From the NCBI GenBank assembly GCA_958009085.1, contig OY253680.1:124001-188000 (forward strand): a DNA stretch of 64,000 bases. The letters run 5' to 3'. Of the stretch, positions 12,383 to 26,000 are shown piece after piece. The translations under genes and the position numbers were made by a program. Each line of letters opens with the position of its first letter. Positions within the stretch are counted from its first letter, which is position 1. This DNA comes from Protoeuglena noctilucae. Taxonomy: Eukaryota. The notes beneath the pieces were generated by a model. The model saw only the letters and a list, made by a program, of their open reading frames with translations, was not told where the DNA came from and did no database searches.

Positions 12383-13585
12383 TCACTCATCCCACTTCAG
12401 CTGCAATTCGCTCCTGCCTATGTACTTGACGATGCCTCTGCCCAATCCATCCCCCCGTGCTCGCGATCGGTAGGCCCCTGCCCCTGCTCCCATCCCTGCC
12501 CCCGCCCGCCCAACTCGCGCTGCCCCACCTACCCCTGCCCCTGCCCCATCCATCCCATCCCTGCACACCGCACAACCGATGCTCGAAACCCGCCCGATGT
12601 TAGGAGCCCCAGCCGATGCCAGAATCCCCGACCCACCCTTGAACAGCGCCTCGAAGACGGAGCGGATGGTGGAGACCGACGCCAGAATCGTCTCGTGGGC
12701 GTCGCGGTGGCCCGTGCGCATGTCCTTGCACATGTTGCACGACTCCACGCAGTTGTGTCTCGTGAAATCCAGAATCACGCCGTTAACGACGCGCGTGGGT
12801 CGGTCCAAGTCCGCGAGAGCCCGGTAGTCGAAATACTGCAGCTGCCCCCACGTCGCCGTCAGCGAGCTGCACCAGTAGCACGTCAGGCGCGCGAGCATCC
12901 CGAGGACGTAATAGGGATCCTGGCGGACGAAGTTGCCCGAGACGCCCCGCCCCGCCCGGTCGTTGCGGGCTTCGATCTCGGCCATGCGCGTGCTGGTAGG
13001 GGCGACAGCGAAAGAGAAACGTGCTATTGGGATTGTCAGGAGGAAAACAGCCACCGCAAGGGCCATGACGTCTTCTCGCGTGCTTGAGATCGGGCGTGCT
13101 TCAGAGAGGGCGTGCGTGAAAGCGAGCTACAGCACGTGTCTCACAGGTGCCTCACCTCAGCGAGCGCAGCATCGTCCACACCTCCGCCTCCGTCACGGGG
13201 CTGTCGTCGTTGAACGCCTTCTTGAGGTCGCCAGCCATGGACGTCAGCGAATCCTTGGAATCGTCGCGAATTTCCTCCAGGACCTCCGTCCGCACCAGCT
13301 GCAGCCCGCGGTAGAACCTGCGCGGACTTAGACCTATCGGAGTCATTCGTGGACTTGTCTACGATATCTTCGTGCGTCAGGATCAACATCGCAACATAGG
13401 CCGGCCTCCCCGAGGCAATATGGGGCCCAACAGCACTGCGCTCACAGGGACTCCGCCACGGCATCGTTTCCCGTCGTCTGCCGCAGCATATCGCGCAGCT
13501 CTTTCTCCAACGGAAGCATCCATTTCTCCCACAGCTCGGAAGGACGCAGGTCCTCCGGCGGAGGGCCGCGTCCTCGCCCATCCAT
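12383..13585 (-). CDS. Hypothetical protein (about 3 exons), family not recognised
   Basis: Protein-like stretches MDGRGRGPPPEDLRPSELWEKWMLPLEKELRDML, RRFYRGLQLVRTEVLEEIRDDSKDSL and DPYYVLGMLARLTCYWCSS..HNCVESCNMCKD, separated by GTGAG donors. Both ends are uncertain. Confidence 0.5.
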
Positions 13586-13841
13586 CGCCAAGCACGCAGT
13601 CCCGTCGCGCAGTCGGGGCAGTGCAGGGTCGGCGATGTCCCTTTTCCCCGATAAAAAGCAATACGTCTGTATGTGCGACGAGATGCTGGCGCGAGCGTCC
13701 AAAGATGGCAGAGTTCCGGCGCCGGTACGCGCGCCAGCACTCTTGGGCCCCCGCCTTCTCTGCACTCGCTGCGCCTTCAATGGACATTTGTGCCAGTGGC
13801 AATGGAGCCAATGCCATGCTCAGAACAACTACAGCCCAACC

Positions 13842-15431
13842 TCAGCAGCCAGACGTCTCTCCCGCCTCGCAACGGACTATGTTGCACGAGAAATGCGACA
13901 GGCGGCCGTCGCTGGTGCAACACAGGCCGTACCCCCTGCAATCGGCGATCTGCACGTCCCGCACCTCCGCCCGACCGCCATCCCGGCAAAATACGCCGTC
14001 ACCCTCGACCGTCCGCGTGATACTCCCACCCTCCACCACCACCTTGCTGCCCCGGCTGAGACAAGAGACGCCACACTGCTGACAGCCGGCGACCTGCACA
14101 CCCCGCAGCTCCACCTGCCCGCCCTCAAGGCATATCACACCGTCACCGTCCTCGACGCCAATGATGCTGCCCCCCTGCACCACCATCTTGCTGCCCTGGC
14201 TGCCGCAGAAGACGCCCGATGCTTGGCAGCGTGCTATCTGCACGTCCCGCACCTCCGCCTGCCCGCCCTCTCCGCATTTCACGCCGGCGCTATCAAAGCC
14301 CTTGCACCCAGCGATGCTGCCCCCTTGCATGACCAGCTTGCTGCCGTGCCCGAGGCTGGCCACCCCACTCGTCTGGCAATCTACGATCTGCACGCCCCGC
14401 ACCTCGGCCTGCCCGTGATCCAAGCACATCACGCCACCGTCCTCGACAGTCCCGGTAATGATGCCACCCTCCACGATTGCCTTGCTACCCTGCCCGACCG
14501 TGACGACGCCGCACTTCTGACAGTCAGCAATCCGCACGTCTCGCACCTCTGCCTGCCCGCCATCCTCACAAGACACCCCCATACCGGTCCTCGACCCCGA
14601 GATGCTGCCCCCCTGAACCACCACGTTGGTGCCCTGCCCTCTGCTGACAACGCCAGACCTCTCGTAATCGGACATCTGCGCGCCCCGCAGCTCCACCTCG
14701 CCGTTCCCAGAGCACGCCACAGCGTCACCACCTATCCCCTTGACACTACCGCCCTCCATGACCACCTTGCTGCCCTGCCCGTGATTGGCCACGCCGCCCT
14801 TCCGGCAGTCCGCGATCTGCACGTCCCGCAGCTCCACCTGCCCACCCTCAATGCACCACATGCCTTGGCCCCCAGATCCCGCAATGCTGCCACTATGCAC
14901 GACCACCTTGCTGCCCCGCCCTTTGCTACCGATGCCGGACTTCGGCGCATCGACGATGTGTACATCGCTGAGCATGACCTTGCCACCCTCGCACTGCACG
15001 CCCATCCCCACCGCCGTCACTCCCTCCAACCTCAGCACCCCGCCCCTGTACGCTGCCAGGAAACACACACCCGCCCCTGGGTCATCTGACGCCGCCCGCA
15101 GCGTCCCGTTGCGCACGGTGGCCACCGCGCCCTCGCCCCGGACTACAAGCTTGCGTGACAGCACGATCTCGCGGCTCCCCAGGTCCACGACGCCCCCCTT
15201 GGCCATCGCCCGCGCCAGCTCCTGTCCGCTCAACACTTGCCTGCGAGCCGCAACAAATGGTACGTGGCTTTGCGTTAATAACAGCATGATCGGCCCTCGC
15301 TGTGGACGTCGGTGTGACATGACCCTCTCTGGACCTCAGTCTCACCGAGCCTCGCCCGTTCCTGTGCCTTCAGCTGTCCCAGCCGGATCCAACGCACGCA
15401 TCTCTGCGTCCATCCCGCTCCCGCCAGCCAT
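13842..15431 (-). CDS. Right-handed parallel beta-helix (pectin-lyase-like fold) repeat protein
   Basis: One long exon carries about 8 repeats of 46-50 aa (CxxGGQxExRxVQIxxCxxxGVxxxGxGSKxVxxGGSI). A short first exon (MAGGSGMDAEM..) is probable; the start is uncertain. Confidence 0.75.
13890..15000. repeat. Coding tandem repeat, unit about 138-150 bp
   Basis: Recurrent DNA blocks such as CGATCTGCACGTCCCGCACCTC and CACCACCTTGCTGCCC at about 141-144 bp spacing. Confidence 0.85.
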
Positions 15432-16530
15432 GCCCGCCACTCTGCACAGCGACGGTCACCTCGTCTGCGTGCGTGCGTGGCGGTGACAGGAGGGGCATGT
15501 GGACGCCCGGGAAGGCCACAGCACGCGCAAATGGCTTAGCTGCGCCATGTACAGCTCGGAACCGCGCAAGCAAACGAGCCAGAGAGCAGCGCGGGCCCCT
15601 TAGTAGTGACCGATGTGACCTGCCCTTCCGTCCCCGCAGGTAGCTATCTCCGTCCCCAAGGGTGCCTCACCTGTTCGGTCGCGAGCAAAAGCAACGGAAT
15701 GCGCCCAAGGCAAGTCAGGAGATGCCCGCTCGACGGAGCCCGGGCGTGTGGGCCGCTCACCGGACATCGAGGAAGCGCAGCGTGGGTGCGACATGATTTA
15801 AGGGAGTGTTGCCGTTGGCAAGGAGGCTGCAATCCCATGCTGACCTTCGCTCAGAGACTTCAATCATTTAAAGCGGCAGCCGCAGCTGTGGGGACGACAC
15901 ACAGCATGCGGGCTACCAAACGAGCTTCAGCTGCACTGGAAGCAGCTAGCAGGCCCCTGGCCCCTAACTCGCACCACGCTGCGAGGCGCTACAACTCACG
16001 GGCGTGAACACAACGAAACAAGGAGTCCACGACAGGCGCCACTGTTCGGAGGCGCGAGCTGGCGATCAGGGTACGTAAGAGATGACATAAGGCGCTGCCT
16101 GGACCGCAAAGGTGGGTAGGGATGGGGCAGAGGTGGGGCGAGAGCTGAGAGGGACCTGTGAGGCGGGCGTTGCGTGCACCAGACACACCCTCACGCACCC
16201 CAGCCCCCCCCAGCGCTGGAGGACTGGTGCGAGAAAGGCAGGCAGATGGAGGCTCTGTTTGTATCTAACCGTCCATCACGCACGCTCCACACTCGGCCTA
16301 GCTCAGCTGGACAGGGGAGCTGTGGCGAACCGAGGAGTACTCTGCCGACACCCGACCCATTGTACACCATCGCGTGCGTCACTCGCGCACCCCCCACCCT
16401 GCCAGCGGGGTGTTGTCGTGGTCATGCGCTGCGGTTCATGTAGTCTCGCACCGACACCACCACCCACTCCCCGTCGTTTCGCCTACGCACCAGGCCGCTG
16501 GGTGGGATGGGCAGCGGCTGCGTGCCCCTC

Positions 16531-19500
16531 ACCACCACCCCCTTGCGATCGGGGGTCCATTCCAGCAACAGAGTGCCTGCGCGGGTGGGGTAAGTGGGAT
16601 GGGGGTGAAAGATTAGGTCAAAGGTTGCATGAGTTGCAGGGCGCCACACATCGCTAGTATGCACTGTTAACTCCATGCTCCCCATCGCCCTCACCTCCTG
16701 CACACCGCGGGCACTGGTAGTGCTCCACCCTTTGCATGGCTTCCCAATCCAGGCCCACGCACTGCGGGATGAAGGTGGGAGGTGAGGGTCTTATCACTAA
16801 TTATCATTACCAATTGTAATAATTACTAATATTATTATCACCAATAATCATTAATTACCAATCATAGTTCTCACCTCCGGGTGCAGCCAGTCGTGGCACG
16901 CCTCGCACTGCACGAAGTTCCTCTCCTCGCTGTCGTCCGCCAGGCAAATGCAGTAGAGCTCCTCCCCTGCGGATGTGGAAAGTGGGGGACTCGGGTGGGA
17001 TATAAAGAGTGATAAAAATAATTAAAATAGAATATCAATAAAAATGTAATAATAAAATAACAATAGTATGACTAAAAGACAAAACTGACATATGTTACTA
17101 AATTTATTATAGTTATAGTAATAACAATAATCCTCATTCTCATGCCCCGCCACCCCCTCACCGTCCTCGTCGTAGATCCCCATGCCCACGGGCTGACCCC
17201 TGGGGCGCACCTTGCGCCGCTGCAGCACAGGGAGCGGATGAGTCTGATGAATCTCAATTATCAAATAAAAGATATAGATTTGCCCCACCACCCCACAACA
17301 CCCCCATCACAACCCCACTCGCCTTGGTGGCCCGCGTTTCAAACGCGTCGTCCTCCGGCGTGGGCGACAGGGGCAGACGGTGCATGGCCACCTCCAATTC
17401 AAACTCATCGTCTCTTCCCGAATTTAAATTCGAATTGGAATTCGAATCCCCGGACTTCCTTCCTCCCGCGTTGCTTAAGGGGTCGGGGCTGGCGGGCGGG
17501 GAGTTTGGGCCGGCGGGGGCGGGCGGGCGGTGGCCGGCGCCGTTTTCTGACAGCCGGTGGGGCTCGGAGCGGGGGTGCTTGCGGGAGGACTGCGGGGGCG
17601 GGGAGGGAGAGTATACTAACCGGGAGAGGTGTGTGTGTATGATGCGGAGGGGAGGGAGCTGGGAGTGGTGTGGGAAAGGATGGCGACAGGCGACAGGGGC
17701 AAGCGTTGACCTGTTAGTTATCATTACTACCATTGTAACTCTGAAAAGCCATTATTATAGTTCTAACGACCTCTCACCGGGTCCGGGAACTTGCCCTTGC
17801 GGTGGAAGAAGACGCCGCAGGGGTTGCAGACGAGGTGGGGGCCCACGTGGCGCCACTGCTTGGTCTGCGATCGTAGATGAGAGGAGATGAGGGTGAGAGT
17901 GATGGGCAATGACGGTTGTTATGGACAGGGTTGCAGACGATTGCTTGGTCTGCGTGAATGGATAAGGAGAGGAGAGATAGAATGGTGTGACGCAGTGACA
18001 GTGACAATTGCCATGGACAGGGGTGGCTGCAAAGCACGCCATGTGTCGCCACTCCTTGATTTGCGCATGAGTGATAGTCTCACCTTGGTCGACCCGCACG
18101 CGTGGCACTTCCCCGACAGCAACTCAACACGATCATTCATTCACTGTCAACACTATCATCCATTCACTCTCACCTTGGTCGACCCGCACGCGTGGCACTT
18201 CCCCGACAGCTTCTTGGGCGGACGCCCGCGGCCACGCACGGCGCCCCTGCGAGGGAGGCAGGGGCAGTGCGACTGTGCATGAGAGGCAGAGACGGTGGCA
18301 GTGACAGGGGAGGGCGGCAGTGCAGCGACAGTGCGGCTGTGCATGGTGGCAGTGACAGTGACGGGCAGAGAGGTGACGGTGGCGGTTCACGGTGGCAGTG
18401 CAGCAGTCGAGAGCTCAGCGTGGTGGTAAGCGTGGTTCCAACTGCACCCATCATCCGCGCTGGATACCACGCACCGCTGTGACAACGATGCTTGGTCTCA
18501 TCACACCCAACCAACCACCCCCGCTGTCACCCCACCCACACCCATCCCTCACCCCGCCCCTCTCCCCGATCCCCCCGCCCCCCCATTCCTGCCCTCATAG
18601 CTCCCCGCCGCCCCGCTCGCGTCGTCCCTCTTAACACTTGCAGCAGTGTTGGCTGGCTTGGATATGACTGAGCCGATGGCGGTGGATGGGCCGATGCCCA
18701 GCGTGGCGCTGCGGGGGGTGGAGAGGGGAGTGGGGAGGGTAGCAGTGAGGGGAGGGGGGCAAAGAGGGTAGCACACAGGGGTGCCATGAGGGGCTGTGGG
18801 CTAGTCGATGCCAATCGCCTTATCGCTCATTGCCAACAATGCATCACATCGCCTCATCCTACCGTCCTTCACCATTAACTCATCCCATCCCACCAATCAC
18901 CGTATGTGTTTCTCCGCCAGTGCGAAGAAGCACTCCATGTATGCCTTGAGGTACTCTGCCATATTGGGGTCCAAAGAGGCCCACACGACGTGGTGGAGCA
19001 GCCCAGTCACCACGCGGCTGCAGAGGGGTGAGGGAGATGATTGGAAGATGATGGGAAACGTCAGCAGGTAGCATCTGTGCGTGTGGGACATGAGAGGGTG
19101 TGACTCAAGGCGGGGGATGTTAGAGCTGCAAAGTGACATAGTGACGGGCAATCTAACAGCACAGGAAAATCAACCAAATCAACCCCTAACTCTCGTATGT
19201 TGAGGGAGAACCCCTCCCTATTTCCCAAAATGTCCCATGCTGCCCATAACAGATAGCATCAACACAACCCCTTCCTTACTCCTCACCGTATGTTGAGGGA
19301 AAAGCCCTCCCTATCTCCCACATTGTCCCCGCGCCACCCCCCGGCCGCCCCGTCCGCCCCCGCCGCCTCCATCCGCAACGTCGCGGGTTCGAACCCCGTC
19401 GTCGCCAGCGCCAGTTCCGCCCCCGCGTCGGCCCACGCCGGCCGTCCCGGCGGCGCCCTTCCCAGGCAAGCGGGGCAGGTGCAGGTGGGGAGGTGCGAGA

Positions 19501-22149
19501 GGCGGGCGTGTGTGCGGCACAACAGACCCAGTGCGTGCTGGAAGGAGGGTCGCCAGGCTGTGACGAACGCGAGCACGACTCTCAGGTCCTCTTCCAGCAC
19601 CGCTAAGAGGCGCCAGGTGGCGCCCAGGCTGCCCTGGGGGGTGGGGTGGGTGGGGTGAGGGGGTGAGTGAGGGTGAGTGAGGGAGAGGGTGGAGGTCAGT
19701 GAAGTGACAACCGAGTGACAATGTCGTACAGTTACCCGTCACCTCTACAACTGGATCAATACCCTGCTACTAACTAACTCCATCGACACAACAGTACAGA
19801 CACCCATGACCCGTGCTTTCGTCCACCCCCTGACAATCATCATCGTCATCACCCGCCCTCCCATCCCACCTGCGCCTCCACGTACTGTCAATCGCACAGC
19901 AACAATCCCAATCAACGCAATGCAGATTTATCAACATAATACACACACCCATCCTCTAATCACACCTGTGCCTCCACGTACTGCCTCTCGGCCTCCTTCC
20001 CCACCCTCCTCCTCCACGCCACTCGCACGTAGCTCAACCCCAACGGTCCCAACGTTTGAAAGTCGATGGCCTTGCCGTGTTCCACATGGTCGTGCACCAC
20101 GCGAGCCACCCACTGCCCCACGCTGCCCTGGCGCTCCACGTCGGCCAATGCTTGCTCTGTGGGTGTGGGTGGGGGTGATTGTGAGATGTGAGAGGTGTAA
20201 TCGTCAGTCACTGCCCCCACCTGCCCTAAGTCAAGGCCACCGAAGCGACACCCGCCGCTACACCCACCACCCCCACCATTCTCGCCCTCCCTATCAACCC
20301 CACCAAAACACTACTCCCTCACCCGTCTCTGTAATGAGCGCCATCAGCACTATTCACCCTCTCTCACCCTAACTATCAACCCCACCATCGCCCCACCCAT
20401 CATCACACCCAACCCCACCACCCATTCACCCCTCTCCCTCACCCGTCTCTGTAATGAGCGCCATCAGCGCCTGCCCCGCCGTGGTCCCCTCCTCCTTGGG
20501 CCCCCACTTGGCCCCTTCAGGCGCCGCGTTGACCACTGAGTCATTCAGAGTCGATGCGATGGATGGGTCCAGGTTGGAACGGCCAGAGCAGTGGAGGGGC
20601 TCGGTCTGTGTGTGTGTGTGTGTGTGAAGGATGATGAGGAGGGTGTGTTGGAACAACAGAGCCCAAACAGTTACCCGCTAGTAGCGCTCTGGTTCGATGC
20701 TTCGTTACAACCTCTCGCCAGTGCTGTCCCAGTCAGGCCACCCCTCTCGCCCGCTATTGCTATCGCCACCGCCACCACCCCTCCACCCACTCACCCTCTT
20801 GGGCACGTGGAAGTAGCTGTGGGACCCGTCGAGCGGCGCGAGGTTCATGATGTGCGATAAGGGCATGATCTGCAGGGCCCGCGTCATGGGCAGCAGCCGC
20901 TTGTCGCTGCGGCACTCCATGGTCCGGTCCTGACACATCTCCGCCAGGACCGCAGGGACAAAGGGACGGTCCTCCTGGGGGGTAAAAGGGATAGAGTGGC
21001 AGTGGGCGGTATGCTTTGCGCGAGTGGGGCAGTTGACCGTGACATGCGAGCGACCCCTTGCCCACGCACTCACTAGCACCGCATCTGTATACCCAAAGCA
21101 TCTCATTCTGACACACTCAAACCCTTGCCAGAACCCCTTCCCCCCAAAGCACGCACGCACGCACCTCCGGGAACCTCCCCACGATGATGTGCCGCGCACG
21201 CCCCACGTGCCGCTCGCGAGGTCTCGGTTCGTATCCCGCGAACATCTTCTCGAGCTTTTCGCGGATGCGAGCGCTGCGATCCGAGACCGCCGCCGCCGCC
21301 CCGGCCCCGCCACCCCCCGCCGCCACCGCCGGCCCTTCTGCTAGCGCGGACACCCCCGCTGACGCGCGCCTGTCAGAAAACGCCCCCGAGTCACCCTGCC
21401 TGTCCTCCGCATCCCCCTCTCCCGTTCCCGATCCTTCCGAGGATGTCGACGACACCTCCACGGGTGTTGCCCCAGGGCGACCGCCAGTCACAGTGCCAGA
21501 AACGCCCCCGCCCCCCCGCCCGGCCCCCACACCCTCCCCCGGCCCCCACCACCCCGCCGGGGCTTCCGCGGTCGACCGCCCGCGCTCCGACCCATCCGAC
21601 CCCTCGCTCGCCGTGGCTGGGAGGTCCGAGCTGCCCCTCTCAGCCGTCTCGCTCCCCCGCCCGCCCTCCCACAGCGCACCCCGGCCCACCTCGCCCACAC
21701 CGCCCCTGCCGCCCCTCCCGACCTCCCCCGCCCCGCCGCCGTTCCCCTTCCCACCCCCCGCCCCCTCCGCTGCCCCTGCACCTCCCCCTGTGCCGCGACC
21801 TGCAGCTGAGGCCAATGCCTGGGGCCGGTCCCCGCCCGCGGGCGCCGGCGCGTCGGTCGGGGGCAAATCTAGCTCCCCTACGTCGAAGGCGTTCAGAGCA
21901 TCGTCATAGTCCGCGAACGCGGTGCCGAGGAAGTCTGGGGAAGCAAAGCGAAGGGGCGCAAGGTCAAAACCTGCGTCGAGGGAGCGCCACGGTGCCGCTG
22001 CGCCCCACTATTGCGGACTGGGAAGAAGCGGAAGGATGCGAAGGAGCCGCTGGGAGCCCGAGGCGGCCATGGCGTCGCCATTCCGGGGCTGAGTGTGGCG
22101 TCCCACCTGGGTCCAGAAGGTCCGGGCTCCCCGCGCGTCCCCTGTCCAT
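16531..22149 (-). CDS. Large chromatin/transcription protein with AT-hook, GATA-type zinc finger and C-terminal PHD finger (3' end unresolved)
   Basis: Probable start MDRGRAGSPDLLDP|DFLGTAF. Spliced exons give RGRGRPPK, CHACGSTK|TKQWRHVGPHLVCNPCGVFFHRKG and ELYCICLADDSEERNFVQCEACHDWLHPE|CVGLDWEAMQRVEHYQCPRC (C4HC3). Confidence 0.75.
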
Positions 22150-23063
22150 GGTTCCGTGCCTGGACGCAGCGTGTCCGATCAAAACATTCGAGGCGCTGTC
22201 AGCCCTCGGCACTCTGCAGCGAACAGGACGGCACGAGGCGTGAGGCAAAGAGCGTCACAGATCACGTCCAGGACCGCAATTACGACGCATTGCGCAGTCG
22301 CGACGGCGTCCTTGTACGAAATTAAAAGTCCCGGCGCGCAATGGGCTGCAGCCGTCGTTCGCCGGCGTCTCCCGCCACCCACCTCTTCGCCAGGCGGCCG
22401 CTACGCAGGCGGCATGCGCACGAGCGCGACGATAGTCCCAGTATCGACCTCGCGGGGCCGCTGATCGGGTGCCCGTCGCTGTCGACGTGGCCGAGAGCGG
22501 GTGATCTGCGTCCAGGCGCGTGGAACGGTGCCTGATCGGGGGTGTGCGCGATCGATGGATTTGCAAGTCGTGCTGGCGAGGGGTTCGAAAGGCCGGACGA
22601 ACGCTGGAAAGGCACACACTGGCGCGAAAGCGTGCCAGTCGTGGCGGATCATCGCTCCCGCTCGGGCAGCGAAAAAGTGTTTGATAGGCATGAGATAATA
22701 GCCCCAGTGCTGTGCTGTGGGATAGCCCTTGAGGGGTGGCGAGAGCGGGTGCCGGCCTAGCCGGGCAAGCCAGATCGCGTCCACAGAGGTGGCTGATGCG
22801 CTGTTGGCCACACAAAAGGCATTTGAAAGGAGGATTCTGAGCTTAGGGCCTCTGGCTTCGCACGCAGCTTCCTCCTGGATGCCCTGGGCTGTAAAGTGCC
22901 CGGGCCGAAGCGATCATGCGATATATCACGCGTTTCGGGCTTGCCAATAGCTTCATCGTTAGCACATTGACATATGCGTGTCGTTTCCGAGGTTCAAGCG
23001 TTGCCAGACGGCTACACGCATGCGCGACATTTAGCCCCCGTGCTGCAGCTGCTGCGGCTCCGT

Positions 23064-26000
23064 TCAGTCCATCTGGGCGTCTCCGTCAGCGTCCGCCTTC
23101 TCCTCCGCCTGCCCGTCCCCGTCCGCCTCGTCGCCCGTGACCGTGAGTGCGAAGTCGTACTCCTGGTCGCATCCCAGGTACGCGTCGCACATAAACATCA
23201 GCTTGAGGTTGTACTGGCCGGGACCTGCGATGTTGTCAGGGTAAGACGCGATGAGAGGCGCGTTAATAGTACAATAACACGCCTATGATAGGAGTAAAAG
23301 AGGCGCTTGCGTGATATGCGCACCATTGCCCGCGCCACAACCCACCGCAACACACTACCACCCATCTCGGAACCCCGCCCTCACCCGGCGCCTTGAACTG
23401 CAGGTTGGTGCGGTTCTTGAGCCCGAGCGTGACCTTCTTGATCGCCAGCAGCTGGTTGCTGGCCGGGTCGCCCACCACCAGCCACCACCCCTCGTCGCGC
23501 CTTCCCGGGAACAGCGGGGCGTCGACGGGCGGCACGTCGCCCTCCCACTCCCTCTCCAGCTCCACCGCCACCTGCACCGCCTCGCCCTCCGCGACGCGCG
23601 GGGCTGACAGCTGGAACGCCAGTTGCACGTCGGGGTAGCGGTTGCACACGCGCGCCACGTCGGCCATCTCCGTCTCTGACATCCCCAGCAGGGCATCCCG
23701 CTTGGCGTCCTCCAGGTCGAGCAGGTCGAACACCGTCTCCACGCCCGCCTCCTTGCACTCCTGGGGGAACAGTGGGGGTGGTGGTTGGCATGTGGGGGTG
23801 AGAATGTGAGGGTGGCAGTGGGGGTAGCATCGAGGGTAGCAGTGCGGGTGGCAGTAGGGGCGGCAATGAGGGTGGCCATGGGGGTGGCAGTGAGGGCAGC
23901 AGTCAACAGACGCACCTGTCAACTTACACACACACTCCACCAACACCCCACCACCACCACCCCCCATGACCACACTCACCCGCGCCTTGTCCCGCGTGAA
24001 GTGCGGCAGCTGCAGCAAGGGCGAGTCCTTGTCCCACATCCCCTGCGTCACCATCTGCGACATCTCCATCGCCGCCACCGCCGGGGCCAGCCACCCGCTG
24101 GAGGCAATCACGTCGACCGCCGCGTGCAGCAGCCGCAGCGACTGCCGCACGACCTTCTGCTGGTCTATCGCCATGTCGCCACCCACGTGCTTGCGCGAGA
24201 AGTGCGCTTGCAGCAGCGCGTTGGCCTTGACGTGGGGGTCCGTGTACCGCTGGGAGGAGACGGGCACGGGGGAGTGGAGCACCAGGCGCCGGACGTGGTC
24301 GTCGTCGCCGGGGCGGGTGGGGAGCGAGTCGAACTGTGAAAGGGGGTGCGGGGGGGAGGGGGTGAGGGTGATGGGGCTGTATTGGAAGGGAGTCGAACTG
24401 AGGGGGTGGGGGGGTTGGTGGCTGAGGGTGGGGTGGAGGTGAGGTTGAGTGGTGTGTGGGGTGGGTGGGTGATGAACAGACAATCGTCGCAGAGACTCAA
24501 ACCCCAAAGCAAGCAGGCGATCATCGCAGCGACACGTACCCAAGCCTGATAGCAACCCAGCATCAATCACAGCCTCCCCCACCCCCCATCCCCCTCTCTC
24601 TCCCCTCTCACCTCCGACGCCGCGCACACAATCTCCAGCAGTCCCCGCGTCTTGGTCTTGGCGGTGAGCGAGGACCCAAACAACTCAATCGTGGTGTATC
24701 TGAGATAGTAATAAGCCGCGATCATGCCCAGGTTGAGGGGGGAGACGTCGGTGGTGTCTTCCTCCACGGCGATGCACCGTGCTTGCTCGAGGTTCGTGAG
24801 GGTGGACTCGACCAGCTCGGAAAGGTGCTCGGAGAGGTGGCTGGGAGGAAAAGGATAGGAGAAAGGGGATGGTCAGTATTTGAAATGGTGGTATAAGCAT
24901 GCATGGGGGTGTCGATTCTCACCGACAGCCACACCCCGCACAGCCCCACACAACCACTGCTACAGTCACACCGCACACTGCCACAGCCACAGGCATTGCT
25001 GCATCCCCCCCACACACCCCACACCCCTACACCCCTCCCAACAACAACACAACACAACACAACACACACTCACGTCTGCGTGACGCCCGTGAGGTTGTAG
25101 TAATTCGGGTTCTGCGTCAACCGCCTGAAGAAGAAGGTCCACGTCAGCCAATCCACCGCGTCTTGCTTGGTCTCGATCTCCCGTGTCGTCACTTCGGCAT
25201 TTAGGTGATCGTGCAGGAAGTGGTCCAGGTGGGACTCCACGGGGAGGGGCTCGAAAAGGAACTTCTTGTAGTACTCCTTCTGCGGTGATTGGGAATAAGA
25301 GAAGGGGTGTGGGGTGGGGTGGGTGAGCTGGAGGTGACGGGGGCAGACAGGCGGCGAGGTGTGCGTGGGGCGGCAGTGGTAGTGACTAAGGGTGTTGCTG
25401 CACCTGTATTATTTAGCCAAGTAACCCCACCACCACTCCCACTTGCCCTCGCACTTGCCCATGTTGTCCACCGCTAGCCTCACCACTACACTCATACACA
25501 ACACACACTGTATATACAATTGCAGTACAATTGTAATTAATTAGTATAAACAGCAACCCCACCATATGACTCGCCTTGGGCCCGTGGCACATGAGCACGC
25601 ACTTGCCCATGTCGTCGACCAGCGGCCGTGACGCCCTCCCGATCATCTGCAGCAGGTCCGCCACTGGCATGTCAGAACCACCGATGCCCGAACCGTCGAA
25701 GAACTGAGTCCCCATGATGACCACCAGGAAGGCGGCCGTGGTCATGCCCCAGCACGTGGCTGCGGTGGCCACCACCACCTGTGAGGGGAGGGGTGGGTGG
25801 GGTGGTGAGTGGGAGTGGGTGGGTGTTGTGGGGTGGCAGTGGGGGTGGTAGTGTGGGTCAGTGGGGGTGGTGGTAAGGGTGGGAGTGGGGGTGGTGTGTT
25901 GGGTGGTAGAGAGGGTGGGTTGATGGCCGGCAACGTGCCGTGAGTGACGTGTTGTGAGCAATGCATGCAATTAGTGATGATGACCAGTCATTGCCAGTCA

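Noticed and set aside
13635..15089. 484-aa repetitive His/Leu-rich plus-strand ORF
   Set aside because: Antisense of the beta-helix exon.
21960..22080. Possible TAG read-through suggesting a variant genetic code
   Set aside because: An intron starting at 22106 joins the frames without needing it, and other genes here appear to end in TAA or TAG.
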